This document shows positions 9,905 through 19,714 of a stretch of 64,000 bases of DNA, one piece after another. Numbering within the stretch: the stretch's first letter is position 1; every line of letters begins with the position of its first letter. The notes below the pieces were generated by a model, which worked only from the letters and a program-made list of their open reading frames with translations, made no database searches and was not told where the DNA came from. This stretch comes from Planctomycetota bacterium (GTDB lineage: Bacteria; Planctomycetota; JAJSAM01; JAJVHW01): contig CBDFJG010000004.1 in the NCBI GenBank assembly GCA_965248445.1, positions 1,120,001 through 1,184,000 of the forward strand, given 5' to 3'. The translations under genes were made by a program, and so were the position numbers.

Positions 9905-12900
9905 CTACCCGGCAGGCGCACGGCCGCGGGAATCAACCCGCCCCGCCCCGTCACCGCCACCGGCACCGCCGCCGCCCACGGGACGCAGCGCCTCCAGCAC
10001 GGCATCGAGGATCGCCGCCCCGCGCAGATCCTGCGCCGGCAGCAGAAGATGGCAGTGGCGCCCATCCACTGCGCGGATGCGCTTCCCCAGTCGTCCGAGC
10101 GACTGGCGGACACGTATCGGGTCAGCCGTCCGCAGGAGGACTCTCTCTTCACCGTCGTGCACGATCATCGTGAGACGCGTCACGCCCAGCAGCTCGCCGA
10201 GCAGGCGGACGCGGGCAACCCGCGCCAGTAGGCGGATCTCCTCGGGTGGCGGACCGAAGCGGTCGGCGCACTCGCCGATCAGCGCAGAGACTTCCTGGTC
10301 ATCGCTGGCCGCCGAGAAGCGCCGATACGTGTCGATGCGCTGGCGGTCGTCGTCGATGTACTCCCGGGGGATCGCGGTGGCCGCGGGCAGGTTGACGTGA
10401 CAGACCGTGCGCAGCGACTTCGTGTCGTGCTTCACACGGCCCACAGCGTCGGAGAGGAGTCGACAGTACAACTCGTATCCGACGGACGCGATGTACCCGG
10501 ACTGCTCCTGTCCGAGCAGATTGCCGGCGCCCCGGATCTCCATGTCGCGCATCGCGATGCGGAAGCCGGCGCCGAGATCCGAGAGTTCCTCGACCACGCG
10601 CACGCGTCGCTCGGCATCCGTCGGCATCCGCCGCGCAGGCACCAGCAAGTAGCAGTACGCGCGCCGGTCGTAGCGACCCACGCGCCCGCGCAGCTGGTGC
10701 AGGTCGGCCAGTCCGAGCCAGTCCGCGCGATCGATGAAGATCGTGTTGGCGTTGGGGATGTCGAGTCCGGACTCGACGATCGTCGTCGCGACGAGCACGT
10801 CGACCTCGTGATCCACGAATCGGAGCATCCGGTCCTCGATCTGCGAGTCGGGCAGCTGTCCGTGCACGACCTCTACGCGCGCCTCGGGCACGGCGTGCCG
10901 CAGCCGTCCTGCGACCTTCTCGATCGTCTTCACACGGTTGTGGATGAAGTACGCCTGCCCGCCGCGTTCGAGCTCCGTGACCAGCGCACCGCGGACGATC
11001 GCGTCGTCGTCGGCGATGACGCGGGTCTCGATCGGGCGGCGGCCGAACGGAGCCGTGGTGAGCGAGGAGATGTCGCGCAGGCCGAGCAGCGCCATGTGCC
11101 TCGTCCGCGGAATGGGCGTTGCCGTCATCGTCAGCACGTCCACGATCGCGCGGGCTTGTCTGAGGCCGTGCTTCGCCTTCACCCCGAAGCGCTGCTCCTC
11201 GTCCACGACCAGCAGGCCGAGGTCCCGGAACGCGACGTCGCCGGAGACCAGCCGGTGCGTGCCGATGACGACGTCCACGCGGCCGTCCGCGGCGCGTTCC
11301 AGGATCTCACGCTGCTCGCGAGCAGTGCGGAAACGCGAGAGAACCTCGACGTTGATCGGATAGCTGGCGAAGCGCTCGCGAAACACCTGTCCGTGCTGCT
11401 CGGCGAGCACGGTCGTCGGCACGAGGAGCGCTACTTGCTTGCCGGCGAGCACCGACTTGAACGCCGCGCGCACCGCGAGCTCGGTCTTCCCGAAACCCAC
11501 GTCGCCGCAAAGCAGCCGATCCATGGGAACGTCGTTCTCCATGTCGGACTTGATCGCGGCGAGTGCCGTCTCCTGATCGGGTGTGAGATCGAACGGGAAC
11601 GTCGCCTCGAACTCGAGCTGCTCCGGTCCGTCGGGCGGGAACGCGAGGCCCGGTCGCGCCTTGCGCAGCGCCTGTGTGCGGAGCAGTTCGAGGGCGACGC
11701 CGTCCACCGACGTCGCCACGGACTTCTTGCGGCGCTCCCACGTACGGCCGCCGACCTTCGAGAGCCTCGGCTTCGCCTCACCGGCGCCGACGTAGCGATG
11801 CACCAGCGCCGCTTTCGTCACCGGCACGTGCACCAGCGTCTCACCCTGGAACTCGATCGTCAGGTGATCCGTGGGTACGCCGTCCTTCTCCCGAGGAGAG
11901 AGTCCGCGGTAGATGCCGATGCCGTGAGCCAGGTGCACGACGGGGTTCCCGATCTGGAAGTCGGTCCACTGCGGGGCCGACACCGGGCGGCGGGTGGCCC
12001 GTCCTCTGGGCCGAGGCAGCCGCGTGCGTCCGAACAGCTCGTCGTAGCTGAGCAGCGCGATCCCGAGCGCAGGCACCTGGAAGCCGTGGGAGAGACAGCC
12101 CTCGGAGACCGAGAGGCGCTCGTCGTCTGCCACACCCGCGTCCGACAACATCGACCGAACACGCGACACGTCTCCCGCCGTGGCGCAGAGCAGGCGGACG
12201 TCGCGGTTGCGCTCGAGCAGCGCACTGAGCGCCTCGCGGAACGTCACGAGGTCGCGCGCCAACGCCGACGCTCCGAGGATTCGCGCGTTCACGCCGTCGC
12301 CGCTCTGCACGGGGGCAGCCGACAGACGGAGCGCGCAACGGTCCAGCGCGTCGAGCGAGAACCGGGCGTACATGGTGCCCAGCTCCTCCTCCGGGCGCGC
12401 GCTCTCGAAGCGAGCGAGCCAGGCCGCCGCCGCCTGCTCTTCGACGTGCACGATCAGGGCGTCCGTCGAGAGCAACGATGTGATCAGGCGCGCCTTCTTC
12501 AGCGCCCGGCGGACGGTGGTGACATCGGCGCCGGCCGGCAGGCCGACCGCATCGGCCGCCGAGAGCAGCGGGACCGCGACCGACTCGAGGGTCTCCACGG
12601 AGCGCTGCGAGATCGGATCGAACACGCGCAGGCTCTCGACGTCGTCGCCGAACAACTCGACGCGCAACGGGAACTCGAGGCCGCGAGGGTGGATGTCGAC
12701 GATTCCGCCGCGCTGCGACCATTCACCGGTCGCCTCCACCATGGGCACGCGCGCGAATCCGGCGGCCGCGAGGCGACCGCCCACCTCGCCCATGTCGAGC
12801 GCCTGACCGGTTCGGAGGAGGAGCGTTCCCGCCGCCAGGATCTGCGGTGACGGTACCGGCTGCAGGACGGCTGCCAGCGACGCCACGATGTAGCGGGCCG

Positions 12901-13285
12901 ACCCCGCCGCCAGCGCCTCGAGCACACCGGTGCGCGCGGCGAGACGGCCGCGCTCGCGAGCCCTTGCGTCCGGCAGCGTCGCATCGAACGCCGGGAACTC
13001 GAGGACTTCCTCCGCGCCCGGCGCGTCAGACAACCCCTCCCTCTCCGACAAGAAGTGGACGAGGTCGTCGTGAAACGCTGCCGCTTCCTCGGCACCGGGC
13101 GCGACGATCAGCCGGGGGAACGGAAGTTCATTGTCGAGCGCCGCGAGCAGCGCAGCGCGGGAGGCGCCCACGAGGCCGCCCACCCTGAGCGCGCGGCGTT
13201 CGCGCACGGCGAGCCCGACCTCCCGGGACACATCCAGTCCCGCGAGGCGCGTGAGGAAACCCTCCGAGCGCGCCGCGCCCTTCAT
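9905..13285 (-). CDS. mfd: Transcription-repair coupling factor Mfd
   Basis: RGGIVDI, PLRVELFGDDVESLR, VVHLAHGIG (RID), MDRLLCGDVGFGKTE, VDEEQRFG, QLRGRVGR, RDMEIRGAGNLLG. Confidence 0.97.
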   Translation of the reverse strand: MKGAARSEGFLTRLAGLDVSREVGLAVRERRALRVGGLVGASRAALLAALDNELPFPRLIVAPGAEEAAAFHDDLVHFLSEREGLSDAPGAEEVLEFPAFDATLPDARARERGRLAARTGVLEALAAGSARYIVASLAAVLQPVPSPQILAAGTLLLRTGQALDMGEVGGRLAAAGFARVPMVEATGEWSQRGGIVDIHPRGLEFPLRVELFGDDVESLRVFDPISQRSVETLESVAVPLLSAADAVGLPAGADVTTVRRALKKARLITSLLSTDALIVHVEEQAAAAWLARFESARPEEELGTMYARFSLDALDRCALRLSAAPVQSGDGVNARILGASALARDLVTFREALSALLERNRDVRLLCATAGDVSRVRSMLSDAGVADDERLSVSEGCLSHGFQVPALGIALLSYDELFGRTRLPRPRGRATRRPVSAPQWTDFQIGNPVVHLAHGIGIYRGLSPREKDGVPTDHLTIEFQGETLVHVPVTKAALVHRYVGAGEAKPRLSKVGGRTWERRKKSVATSVDGVALELLRTQALRKARPGLAFPPDGPEQLEFEATFPFDLTPDQETALAAIKSDMENDVPMDRLLCGDVGFGKTELAVRAAFKSVLAGKQVALLVPTTVLAEQHGQVFRERFASYPINVEVLSRFRTAREQREILERAADGRVDVVIGTHRLVSGDVAFRDLGLLVVDEEQRFGVKAKHGLRQARAIVDVLTMTATPIPRTRHMALLGLRDISSLTTAPFGRRPIETRVIADDDAIVRGALVTELERGGQAYFIHNRVKTIEKVAGRLRHAVPEARVEVVHGQLPDSQIEDRMLRFVDHEVDVLVATTIVESGLDIPNANTIFIDRADWLGLADLHQLRGRVGRYDRRAYCYLLVPARRMPTDAERRVRVVEELSDLGAGFRIAMRDMEIRGAGNLLGQEQSGYIASVGYELYCRLLSDAVGRVKHDTKSLRTVCHVNLPAATAIPREYIDDDRQRIDTYRRFSAASDDQEVSALIGECADRFGPPPEEIRLLARVARVRLLGELLGVTRLTMIVHDGEERVLLRTADPIRVRQSLGRLGKRIRAVDGRHCHLLLPAQDLRGAAILDAVLEALRPVGGGGAGGGDGAGRVDSRGRAPAG

Positions 13286-13300
13286 GTGAGGCAGAGACTA

Positions 13301-14650
13301 CTAGGAAGCCTGCTTAGTCGAGCGCCGTCGGCGTCGTGCCGGTGTTCGGGAGCCCGTCTTCTTGGCCGCGCGCTTCCGCGGCTTCTTGCGGGCCTTCTCG
13401 CGCAGGATCTCCTGCAGCGCCCTCTTGGCGGCCGCCTGCTCGGCATCCTTCTTGGTCTCGCCAGCAGCGAACGGGAAACGGCGGCCGGCGACGATCGCGA
13501 CCACCTCATACGTGCGGGCGTGATCCGGACCGCTCCGTCGCACGACCTCGTACCGCGGCGTGTCGCCGTGGTCCTTCTGGGCCACTTGCTGCAGCACCGA
13601 TTTGAAGTTGCGGTCGCCGCGCTCCGAAAGCGCTTCGGCGATGAACGGGCGCAGCTGGTCGAGCACGTACAGGCGCACGGCTTCGTACCCGCGATCGAGG
13701 TACACGGCCCCGACCACCCCTTCGAACACGTCGGCGATCAGCGAACGCGGGAGCCCGTCCTTCAGCTGGATACCGCGGCCGACGGCCAGGTACTGGTCCA
13801 GTCCGTGCTGCATCGCAGCGGCGGCCAGACCTGTTGTGCTGACGACCTCGGACTTCACTTTCGTGAGCTCGCCTTCGTCGCAATCGGGGAGGAGTTTGTA
13901 AAGGTGCTCGCTGACGATCAGGCCGACGACCGAGTCCCCGAGGAACTCCAGCCGCTCGTACGAGGGTCGGTCATCGTCCCTCACCGAACTGTGCGTGAGC
14001 GCGAGGTGGAGCAGCGAGACATCGCGGAAGTGGTAGCCGATCGCCCGCTGACACTCGTAGAGCCGTTCGTCGTCGAAGAACTCGTCGGCGGACAGCGTCG
14101 AGCTGCGAGAGGCGGTCTTGCGGGGCCGGCGCGCGGGAGCGCCGCCCTCGTCGTCCGCTGCGGCCCGGCGGCGGGTCGATTGGCGGCGCGGGGTCTTGGC
14201 GGCCGTGGTCGCCTTCCGGCCGGTTTTGCGGACGCCGGTCTTCCGCGCCCCGGTCGTTCGCGTGCCGGCCTTGCGGGCGCGAGTCTTCCGCACGGGTGCC
14301 TCGCCCCCGTCGGCCTCAGCGGTCGTGCGCCGTGTGGTCTTACGCCGCGTCCGGGTCGTCTTTCGCGCCGGAGCGGAGTCCGCGGTCCCGGAGGCGGCAG
14401 ACGCTGGGGCGTCGGTGGTCTTGCGCGCCCGCGATCGGCGGGTGCGTCTCGGCTTCTCTGCGGCCGGGGCGTCGCTGTCGGCGGGGCCGGCGTCCGAGGC
14501 AGCGTTCTCGCTCGCCTCGCCGTCGGCCGGGCCGTCCTCACCGCGTCGCCGCGTTCGCCGGCCGCCGCGACGCCGTGGGCGCCGTCGGCCGGCGGGCGCG
14601 GCGTCGTCCTCGGTGGGACGCGCGCCCGGCTCGGTGTTGTCGTTCCGGAT
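13301..14650 (-). CDS. rnc: Ribonuclease III with long basic/acidic N-terminal extension
   Basis: ALTHSS, YERLEFLGDSVV, ADVFEGVVGAVYLD, dsRBD (NFKSVLQQ...GPDHAR...KKDAEQAAA). Start uncertain; ATC at 14650 after AGGAG is proposed, while the open frame extends to 14818. Confidence 0.93.
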   Translation of the reverse strand: MRNDNTEPGARPTEDDAAPAGRRRPRRRGGRRTRRRGEDGPADGEASENAASDAGPADSDAPAAEKPRRTRRSRARKTTDAPASAASGTADSAPARKTTRTRRKTTRRTTAEADGGEAPVRKTRARKAGTRTTGARKTGVRKTGRKATTAAKTPRRQSTRRRAAADDEGGAPARRPRKTASRSSTLSADEFFDDERLYECQRAIGYHFRDVSLLHLALTHSSVRDDDRPSYERLEFLGDSVVGLIVSEHLYKLLPDCDEGELTKVKSEVVSTTGLAAAAMQHGLDQYLAVGRGIQLKDGLPRSLIADVFEGVVGAVYLDRGYEAVRLYVLDQLRPFIAEALSERGDRNFKSVLQQVAQKDHGDTPRYEVVRRSGPDHARTYEVVAIVAGRRFPFAAGETKKDAEQAAAKRALQEILREKARKKPRKRAAKKTGSRTPARRRRRSTKQAS

Positions 14651-14720
14651 AGTCGGTTCTCCTGTCTTGCCTGTTCGCCAGGTGGTCGCCCCGCTCGGCG
14701 GGTCTCCGAACTGCGGCGCG

Positions 14721-14875
14721 AGATGATCAAGCGCCCAGATGATCAAGCTGCACAGCGACCGTGGCGCCGCTGGACTGTGGTGAGGCCGGACGCACTGCCC
14801 GGACACATGCCCGGACACAACTGAGCCGGGCTCGCCGATCAGAGGCGCTGTCGATCCGCGACCGTCGCGGATCGA
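14721..14875. repeat. Direct repeats and perfect hairpin in rnc/gltA divergent intergenic region
   Basis: AGATGATCAAGC x2 (14721, 14737); TGCCCGGACACA x2 (14796, 14808); 11-bp inverted repeat TCGATCCGCGA-ccg-TCGCGGATCGA (14851-14875). Confidence 0.8.
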
Positions 14876-15131
14876 GACTGCGGTCTCCGTTCGCGCCGTC
14901 GCCCGTCTCTCTATATGTCGTGACAGGCGCCGGGCCGCCCCGCGAGTGGGCGGGGCAAACCTCCGAATGGGGTACGTGGAATCCTACCCCCAGGCGGCCC
15001 CGCGGGGCGGAAAACCCACTCCGCGCCGCTCAGGGAGGCTCAGCAACCGAGCCCGCTGTGCGCTCACCGCCCGCATCGGTATCCCTCGGTCCTCGCGATA
15101 CGATCAGGAGTCAGACCCCAGGGAGAAGCGC

Positions 15132-16394
15132 ATGTCCATCGCGAAACTGAGTGTCAACGGCAGCGAGCACGAACTGCCCATGGTCGTCGGCAGCGAGGGC
15201 GAGACCGCCGTGGACATCTCGAAGCTGAGAGGATCCAGCGGGATCATCACGCTCGACTCCGGCTACGGCAACACGGGTTCGTGCGCCAGCGGGATCACGT
15301 TCATCGACGGTGAGAACGGCATCCTGCGCTACCGCGGTTACCCAATCGAGGAGCTCGCATCCAAGTGCTCGTTCCTCGAAGTCGCGTACTTGCTGATCCA
15401 CGGTGATCTGCCGACGGACGACGGCAAGCGCGACTTCCTCAAGGGCATCTCGCGGCGGACGCTGATCCACGAAGACATGAAGAAGTTCTTCGAGGGGTAT
15501 CCGCACCACGCGCACCCGATGGCAATCCTGTCGTCCATGTTCACGTCGCTGTCGACGTTCTATCCCGCGGGCGGCGACCCGGAGGCGGACGGGCTGAACA
15601 TGGTCCGGCTGCTGGCCAAGGCGCCGACGATCGCTGCGTTCTCGCACAAGAAGAGCCTCGGCCAGCCGTTCGTGTATCCACGCAACGACCTCGACTACTG
15701 CGAGAACTTCCTCAACATGATGTTCTCGGTCCCCACCGAGGACTACACAGCGCCCACTGCTCTCGTCGAAGCGCTCAACCTGCTGCTGATCCTGCACGCC
15801 GACCACGGGCAGAACTGCAGCACTGCCACGGTGCGCATGGTCGGGAGCAGTCACGCCAACCTGTTTGCGTGCATGGCCGCCGGCGTGGCCGCGCTCTGGG
15901 GACCACTGCACGGTGGTGCGAATCAGAAGGTCATCGAGATGCTCGAACGCATCCGTTCGGACGGCGGCGACTATCAGAAGTACGTCTCGATGGCGAAGGA
16001 CCGCGAGTCGGGCTTCCGCCTGATGGGGTTCGGTCACCGGGTCTACAAGAACTTCGATCCGCGCGCCCGCATCCTGAAGTCGGCGGCAGACCGCGTGCTC
16101 GACGAACTCGGTTTCGACGATCCGCTGCTCGCCATCGCGAAGAACCTCGAGAAGATCGCGCTCGAGGACGAGTACTTCGTAGAGCGCCGCCTGTATCCGA
16201 ACGTCGATTTCTACAGCGGCATCATCTACCGCGCGATGTCGATCCCGACTGAGATGTTCACGGTGATGTTCGCACTCGGCCGGCTGCCGGGGTGGATCGC
16301 ACAGTGGAAGGAGATGCGCGACGACCCGAAGGCACGCATCTACCGACCGCGCCAGGTCTACGTCGGTCCCACCGAGCGTCACATCGATCGCTGA
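15132..16394 (+). CDS. gltA: Citrate synthase (type II)
   Basis: ITFIDGENGILRYRGYPIE, LWGPLHGGAN, RLMGFGHRVYKNFDPRA, LYPNVDFYSG, RPRQVY; GGGAG SD before ATG 15132. Confidence 0.97.
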   Translation: MSIAKLSVNGSEHELPMVVGSEGETAVDISKLRGSSGIITLDSGYGNTGSCASGITFIDGENGILRYRGYPIEELASKCSFLEVAYLLIHGDLPTDDGKRDFLKGISRRTLIHEDMKKFFEGYPHHAHPMAILSSMFTSLSTFYPAGGDPEADGLNMVRLLAKAPTIAAFSHKKSLGQPFVYPRNDLDYCENFLNMMFSVPTEDYTAPTALVEALNLLLILHADHGQNCSTATVRMVGSSHANLFACMAAGVAALWGPLHGGANQKVIEMLERIRSDGGDYQKYVSMAKDRESGFRLMGFGHRVYKNFDPRARILKSAADRVLDELGFDDPLLAIAKNLEKIALEDEYFVERRLYPNVDFYSGIIYRAMSIPTEMFTVMFALGRLPGWIAQWKEMRDDPKARIYRPRQVYVGPTERHIDR

Positions 16395-16410
16395 GCGCTG
16401 TGTCTCTGGC

Positions 16411-16430
16411 TCATCCGCCGACGCGGATGA
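16411..16430. terminator. Hairpin between convergent gltA and GspG-like gene
   Basis: TCATCCGC-cgac-GCGGATGA, 8-bp stem; no clear U-tract. Confidence 0.35.
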
Positions 16431-16433
16431 TGC

Positions 16434-16967
16434 TCAGCGTGCGCGCACGTCGCGCGTGACGTCGTCGGTCGTGTCGGACTTCTGGTCGCGCCCGTCCGAC
16501 ATGAGCAGCGCATGGTCGAGGTCCCGGCGCTCGTAGCGAACGGGTCGGCCGTACGGATCGTCGGGCAGTGCTTCGGGCAGCGACTCGGGGAACCCGTTCG
16601 TGTCCGCGTGCAGAGAGAGCAGGTAGCCCTCCAGTTCGTCGAGGAGGCCGGCGAGGTCGCTCGCGATGGAGCGAGCCCTGTTCATCTTGAGGATCTCCGC
16701 CTCGGTGTGCCGTGTGGCTTCCGCAAGACCGGCGTATGCGATGCCGTACGCACCGGCGCTACAGACCAAGACGAGCGGCATGGCGATCAGGAGGAGCACC
16801 ACCGCCACGACGGCCAGACCCGGCGGGCCGTCCTTGTTCTTCCTCTTCCGTTCGAGGGCCGCGGCGCGCGGCAGTGGCGGCACGTGCTTCTCCGGAGGCT
16901 TCGCGGCTTGCTTCTCCGGCGGCTTCGGCGGCGGGTCTGTTGCTCCAGGTTCAGGGCGAGACGGCAT
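16434..16967 (-). CDS. Membrane-anchored protein with GspG-like (T2SS pseudopilin) C-terminal motif
   Basis: ATG overlaps purH stop; Pro/Lys N-terminus, TM, then DDPYGRPVRYE...LMSDGRDQKSDTTDDV resembling the GspG C-terminal DPWG..Y...S.G.DG...DD motif; no prepilin cleavage site. Confidence 0.6.
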   Translation of the reverse strand: MPSRPEPGATDPPPKPPEKQAAKPPEKHVPPLPRAAALERKRKNKDGPPGLAVVAVVLLLIAMPLVLVCSAGAYGIAYAGLAEATRHTEAEILKMNRARSIASDLAGLLDELEGYLLSLHADTNGFPESLPEALPDDPYGRPVRYERRDLDHALLMSDGRDQKSDTTDDVTRDVRAR

Positions 16968-18532
16968 CAGTGGCGGAAGTGTCGCATGCCGGTGAAGACC
17001 AGAGCGGCACCGGCCGCGTCTGCGGCCGCGATGACCTCGTGGTCGTTGCGGCTGCCGCCGGGTTCGATGGCCGCTGCGATCCCCGCCGTCAGCGCGACCT
17101 CGAGGCCGTCCGCGAACGGGAAGAAGGCGTCGCTCGCCAGCACGGAGCCCTTGGCACGTGCGCCCGCCTTCATGACCGCGATCCGCGCGGCGTCGACGCG
17201 GCTCATCTGACCCGCACCCACTCCGACGACCGCGCCATCCTTGGCGAGGACGATCGCGTTGGACGTCACATGCTTGACGGCGCGCCAGGCGAACCGCAGG
17301 TCGCGCATCTCGGCTTCGGTCGGCGCGCGCTGCCCGACCGACTTGACTCCCTGTTCCGTGACGTCCCGCAAGTCGTACTCCTGGACGAGGACGCCCCCCA
17401 GCACGCGGCGGATGTCGCGATCGCGCGGCCCGAGTGGCTGGTCCATCTCCGGCAGGTTGAGGATGCGCAGGCTCTTGCCCCACTTCGCTCCCGAGGTCAG
17501 CGCCTGGATGGCTGCGGGCTCGTAGCCCGGCGCGATGATGCACTCGACGAAGTGCGTCGGTACCGCGATGGCCTTGGCGGTCTCCGCGTCCACGACGCGG
17601 TTGAAGCCGAGCACGCAGCCGAACGCCGACATCGGGTCGCCGCCCATGCCCTTCTTGAACGCCTCCAGCACGGACTCGCCGACGCCGAGGCCGCACGGAT
17701 TCGTGTGCTTGATCACGACGCACGCCGTGTCCTCGAAGTCGCGCACGATCCGCAGGGCGGAGTCCAGGTCGATGAGGTTGTTGTACGACGGCTCCTTGCC
17801 CCACAGCACCTCGGCCGTCGTCACCGACGGTCCGCCGCCTCCGTGTTCGCGGTACATCGCGGAGCGCTGGAACGGGTTCTCGCCGTAGCGCAGATCGCGC
17901 ACCTTCTCGAAGAACGGAGCGACGAACGACTGGAACTCGTCGCCCTGCCGGCCGGACAGGTGGTTGGCAATTGCGGCGTCGTACTGTGCGGTGCGCCGGA
18001 ACGCCGCGCGCGCGAGGTCCGCGCGCAGTTCCTCAGGCAGCGACCCGCCGCCGGCGCGCAAGGCATCCAGGATCTCGGGATAGCGAAGCGGCGACGTCAC
18101 GACCGCGACGTGGCGGAAGTTCTTCGACGCTGCGCGGATCATCGCCGGCCCGCCGATGTCGATCTGCTCGAGCGCCTCGTCGAGTGTGCAATCCGCCCGC
18201 GCGACCGTGTTCTCGAACGGATAGAGGTTCACGCAGAGGAGGTCGATGGGCGGGATGCCGTGCTCCGCCATCGCCTCGACGTGCGCGGGGACGTCCCGGC
18301 GGGCGAGCAGCCCACCGTGAATGCGCGGGTGCAGTGTCTTGACGCGCCCGTCCATGATCTCGGGGAACTCCGTGACCGACGCGACGTCCGTCACCTCGAC
18401 TCCCGACGAACGCAGCAGGCTCGCGGTGCCTCCGGTGGACAGGAGCTCGACGTCGTTCTCGGCGAGCCCGCGGGCGAAGTCCACGATCCCGGTCTTGTCG
18501 GACACGCTCAGAAGTGCGCGGCGAACCTTCAT
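16967..18532 (-). CDS. purH: Bifunctional AICAR transformylase / IMP cyclohydrolase
   Basis: RRALLSVSDKTG, GRVKTLHPRIHGG, IDIGGPAMIRAASKN, LRYGENP, KHTNPCG, GAGQMSRVD, ASDAFFPF, TGMRHFRH. Confidence 0.98.
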   Translation of the reverse strand: MKVRRALLSVSDKTGIVDFARGLAENDVELLSTGGTASLLRSSGVEVTDVASVTEFPEIMDGRVKTLHPRIHGGLLARRDVPAHVEAMAEHGIPPIDLLCVNLYPFENTVARADCTLDEALEQIDIGGPAMIRAASKNFRHVAVVTSPLRYPEILDALRAGGGSLPEELRADLARAAFRRTAQYDAAIANHLSGRQGDEFQSFVAPFFEKVRDLRYGENPFQRSAMYREHGGGGPSVTTAEVLWGKEPSYNNLIDLDSALRIVRDFEDTACVVIKHTNPCGLGVGESVLEAFKKGMGGDPMSAFGCVLGFNRVVDAETAKAIAVPTHFVECIIAPGYEPAAIQALTSGAKWGKSLRILNLPEMDQPLGPRDRDIRRVLGGVLVQEYDLRDVTEQGVKSVGQRAPTEAEMRDLRFAWRAVKHVTSNAIVLAKDGAVVGVGAGQMSRVDAARIAVMKAGARAKGSVLASDAFFPFADGLEVALTAGIAAAIEPGGSRNDHEVIAAADAAGAALVFTGMRHFRH

Positions 18533-18542
18533 TTCACTCTCC

Positions 18543-19647
18543 CTAAGCGTCGCCGCTCTCGCGGCGAAAGCGCATATGGGCCTCGATGAAGTCATGGATG
18601 TCGCCGTCGAGCACGTTCTGCGTGTTCCCGGTCTGGTGCGACGACCGCAGGTCCTTCACCATCTGATAGGGGTGCAGCACGTAGGAGCGGATCTGGTACC
18701 CGAAGTTGATCTCGCCCTTCTCGCCGTACGCCTTCTTCAGTTCCTGTTGCTTCTCGAGCTCGCGCTGCCGGTACATCTTGGCCACGAGCAGCGCCATCGC
18801 GGTGCGCTTGTTCTTGTGCTGACTCCGCTCTGACTGGCACTGCACGACGATGCCGGTCGGAATGTGCGTGATCCGCACTGCGGAGTCGGTCTTGTTCACG
18901 TGCTGTCCGCCGGCCCCGCCCGCGCGATACGTGTCGATGCGGAGATCCGAATCGGCAACGTCGATCTCACCCTCTTCGAGCTCGGCCACCACATCCACGG
19001 ACGCGAATGACGTCTGCCGCCGGTGTGCCGCGTCGAACGGTGACAGCCGGACCAGCCGGTGCACGCCGATCTCGTTCTTGAGGTAGCCGGTCGCCCACTC
19101 GCCGGAGAACTTGTACGTCACCTTGCGCACGCCCGCCTCTTCGGCCGGAACGGAGTCGACCTCCTCGATCTTCCAGCCGCGGCGCTCGGCGTAGCGCGCG
19201 TACATGCGACCGAGCATCTGGGCCCAGTCCGCCGCGTCGGTGCCGCCGGCGCCTGCGTGCACGGAGAGGTAGCACGGCAGGACGTCGTGCGGGTCGTCCA
19301 TGGAGAGCTGGAACTCGAGGCTCTCCAGCTGCCCGGCGAGCGCGTCGGCGCCCGTGGCGACCTCACCGAGCGTGTCGGCGTCGTCCTCGGACTCGGCCAG
19401 CTCGAGCAACACCGTCAGATCCTCGAACTCGCCGGCGAGCGCCTGGACCGGGCCGAGCCGGCGCTTCAGGAACTTCAGCTCCTGGACGGTCTTCCGGGCA
19501 CGGGTCTGGTCGTCCCAGAACCCGGGTTTGGCCATGTCCTGCTCGAGCGAGGCCATCCGTGCGAGCCCGCCGGGGAGGTCAAAGGGACTCCTGCAGGGAT
19601 TGCAGCCTCGCCTCGAGGTTGGTCAGCGTGTCGCCGAGTTCGGACAT
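18543..19647 (-). CDS. prfB: Peptide chain release factor 2, programmed +1 frameshift
   Basis: 22-codon first frame MSELGDTLTNLEARLQSLQESL ends at AGGAGTCC-CTT-TGA-C; second frame carries GVHRLVRLSPF (SPF) and GAGGQHVNKTDSAVR. Confidence 0.97.
19578..19593 (-). promoter_or_regulatory. prfB +1 ribosomal frameshift site (internal SD + CTT TGA C)
   Basis: Minus strand CAGGAGTCCCTTTGAC, matching the established RF2 autoregulatory shift site. Confidence 0.95.
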
Positions 19648-19714
19648 GGGCCCGGGAGTCTAGTCAGCCGGGCTGACGAGCCAACCGAGATCGGGGGCGG
19701 ACCGTGTGTCCTGC

